Shown here: piece by piece, positions 22,845 to 25,123 of the stretch
How positions within the stretch are numbered: the stretch's first letter is position 1
Layout of the letters: every line of letters begins with the position of its first letter
IMG/VR virus record: IMGVR_UViG_2799112911_000001
Reading direction: 5' to 3' (one strand)
Source: a virus
Length of the DNA: 25,123 nt
Notes under the pieces: generated by a model
The model's database searches: none
Told to the model about the DNA's origin: nothing
The model's input: the letters and a program-made list of their open reading frames with translations, nothing else
Program-made: the position numbers and the translations under genes

Positions 22845-24116
22845 ATGAATACTATAAATTTTAAAAAGAAATCATTAATGAAAAACTTTAAAAAAGCATT
22901 AAAGGCAGCTAATCACATACAACCTGGCGAAATGGTCCGTACAAGTAGTGGCGGCAATCATAAAATGGCGTTCCCTCGAAATAGTAAAGTAACAAAATTC
23001 ATAGATTTAATTATTAATGAAATTATTAAAAACCCCATTATTCATAATAATTTTTCTAGAAAATATCTTGAAGAAAATATAATATATGTATTAGAGGATT
23101 TGCAGTTAAGTAACGCATTAAATTTAAAAAATAATGATTTTGAAAAACAATTTTATTTTTCAATAAGTACTTTTGAAAATAAAATTAAAGACATTATCAA
23201 TAATGACTTTGAAGAATTTGAATGTATTTTTCATGTTGATAATTTAAAGTTAGATAAGCCTATTAATCTAGGTAAAGTGACTTTTTTCCCATTTTCTGAG
23301 AAAAATTCTAAATATTCTAAAATTAATGATAAAATTATAGGTCCAAATTTCTTTAAAAAAGATGATGTATATGCAAAAATAAAAATTTATGGATCTAAAC
23401 AGTATGCCCTTACACAATCACAAGTAGAAATAAAAATAGCAATAAATTTATTAAAAATATTATTGCCAGAACAGTATTGTAATTTCAATTTAGACGGGGA
23501 TACATTGATGCCCTCTCCAAGACATCATATTATATTAACTTCTGATGAACAGATTTTTGGAGGATGGGAAAATCAGAATATCCACTTTGGATGTAATTTT
23601 AATAAGGAAGTTGATGATGTGGATTATGAATTGTTTGTTTTATCAATATTATTTAATACAAATCCAAAATCTGATTTTGAAAATAGATTATTAACTGCAA
23701 TTTACTGGTTTAGTGAAGCATTATCTCTAAAAAGAAATTCGTATTCTAAAACTGAGAAAAAACATTTGACACAACTGAATAATCTTGAATTTTATGATGT
23801 TTATCCTAAATTATTGAATTTGGTAATCTGTTTAGAAACCCTTTTTGTTTTTGGCGGCGAAAAAAAATCTGAGGCAATTTCAAATAAAGTATCTCTGTTG
23901 ATTGCTAAACCTGGTTTTGAAAAAAAAATTACACATTTTTTAAATAAAATTTATGACTCTCGGTCTAAAGTGGTTCATTCAGGAAATATTTATGTATCTA
24001 AACATGATTTGAATTTATTAATTGATTATACAAGAATTGCATTGTTTAATACAATATCCATTAATTTCAAATATTCTGAACAGATAAGGCATTTAAATAA
24101 ATTAAATTGTAAGTAG
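22845..24116 (+). CDS. ApeA-like HEPN domain protein (423 aa)
   Basis: AIYWFSEA...LVICLETLF...IYDSRSKVVHSG (RxxxxH). Colinear paralogue of 7439-8710. Confidence 0.75.
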   Translation: MNTINFKKKSLMKNFKKALKAANHIQPGEMVRTSSGGNHKMAFPRNSKVTKFIDLIINEIIKNPIIHNNFSRKYLEENIIYVLEDLQLSNALNLKNNDFEKQFYFSISTFENKIKDIINNDFEEFECIFHVDNLKLDKPINLGKVTFFPFSEKNSKYSKINDKIIGPNFFKKDDVYAKIKIYGSKQYALTQSQVEIKIAINLLKILLPEQYCNFNLDGDTLMPSPRHHIILTSDEQIFGGWENQNIHFGCNFNKEVDDVDYELFVLSILFNTNPKSDFENRLLTAIYWFSEALSLKRNSYSKTEKKHLTQLNNLEFYDVYPKLLNLVICLETLFVFGGEKKSEAISNKVSLLIAKPGFEKKITHFLNKIYDSRSKVVHSGNIYVSKHDLNLLIDYTRIALFNTISINFKYSEQIRHLNKLNCK

Positions 24117-24270
24117 AAAAATAGAGTTGCAATAAAAACGATTTTGATGAGGATTTGTCTATCAACTGTAAAAGTTAAGATTTACTGTATCTTAAAGATT
24201 TATTATTGTTGTCAAGATAATTTCAAGATGTAGTTTCGTAGAATATTATATATTATAACAAATAAATAAT

Positions 24271-25122
24271 TTAAAAATCAAATAATGTAGTCTGTTTTGG
24301 TTCAATATATCTTATTATTTTTGTATCTATTAACTTATCATTTTCTTTTAGATGCCGCAATAATAATGGTGATTTCACATCATGCAGTTTAATAACATTT
24401 TTAGGAATTTCCGGTTTTTGATTAGCGTAGCAATATTTACATTCACTTAAACAGGAATTATATGCTCCTATATCTCTTGACGGAATGCAGTGACAGTTCT
24501 CTCTAATTCCACTAGCTTTAACATTATTATAGACTACACCATGTGCCTGTTCTAAAATTTCACGAGTTGTACAACCTGCAGAGTGTATACCATATTTTTC
24601 ATAGCTTTCGTTTGTTGCACATGATTGAGTATATAGATTATATTTTTTTGATATCTCCCCAATTCCTTTCAATATCTTTTCTTTATCATCTTCAGTGAAT
24701 GGAATTATCTCAGGCATGTTCTCTTCTACTTTCTTATACATATCAACAAAGCTGAATATGCATCTGTAAACAAATGGAGAAATCTTCTCAGCCATATATT
24801 CAAATGTTTCAATATGTTTTTCAACAGTATATTTTTCTGTTAGAAGAATTGGATCATATCTCCAGAGAATCTTATTTCTACCAACAATATCAGATAATCT
24901 TTTCAACGTTTTAATAGATTGATTTATTGATGGTACTTTCGGTTCTATGTCCTTACCATATGCAGTAATCGTGTAGTTGCACAATATATTGTACTTTTCA
25001 TCAATAGCTCCTATATGTTTCAGTATAGGTTGGTAGTTTTTGGAGCAGAACAGAAGACAATCAACATCTTCAGGCTTTAAGCTTAACTTGTATACATTCT
25101 CCCTTGCAAATGGATTTCTTGA
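24271..25122 (-). CDS. DUF1848 family (radical-SAM/SPL-like) protein, 5'-partial
   Basis: The frame stays open to the window edge (SRNPF...VDCLLFCSKN). Contains YTITAYGKDIEP.VP, WRYDPI and DIGAYNSCLSECKYCYAN (CxxxCxxC). Confidence 0.88.
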   Translation of the reverse strand, partial: SRNPFARENVYKLSLKPEDVDCLLFCSKNYQPILKHIGAIDEKYNILCNYTITAYGKDIEPKVPSINQSIKTLKRLSDIVGRNKILWRYDPILLTEKYTVEKHIETFEYMAEKISPFVYRCIFSFVDMYKKVEENMPEIIPFTEDDKEKILKGIGEISKKYNLYTQSCATNESYEKYGIHSAGCTTREILEQAHGVVYNNVKASGIRENCHCIPSRDIGAYNSCLSECKYCYANQKPEIPKNVIKLHDVKSPLLLRHLKENDKLIDTKIIRYIEPKQTTLFDF

Positions 25123-25123
25123 A

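Noticed and set aside
24175-24195. 7-bp inverted repeat TTAAGAT-N7-ATCTTAA between convergent genes
   Set aside because: Too short and AT-rich to distinguish from chance; no function assignable.

Overview
AT-rich DNA, most likely from a methanogenic archaeon of the Methanobacteriales (Methanobrevibacter-like). This is inferred from GGTGA/GGAGTGA ribosome-binding sites, TTTATATA TATA boxes and the small wHTH regulator family. The window is an accessory/defence island in three parts. (1) 1-6800: an IS4/IS5-type DDE insertion sequence and a damaged type I restriction-modification locus, with two hsdS fragments on the strand opposite an intact hsdM, and hsdR split by a single-base frameshift. (2) About 8740-21070: a minus-strand tailed-virus structural module with a portal-like protein, a Mu-type prohead protease/scaffold, two paralogous decoration-like proteins, two Thr-rich collagen-like fibre proteins, a GT2 glycosyltransferase, two small membrane proteins and a wHTH regulator. 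I could not recognise a major capsid protein, terminase, tape measure protein or integrase. Four of its transcription units share one promoter motif. (3) Four ApeA-like HEPN (RxxxxH) proteins flank and interrupt this viral module, followed by a partial DUF1848 radical-SAM-like gene at the right edge. No rRNA, tRNA or CRISPR array was seen. All product calls rest on motif recognition by eye; no database searches were run.
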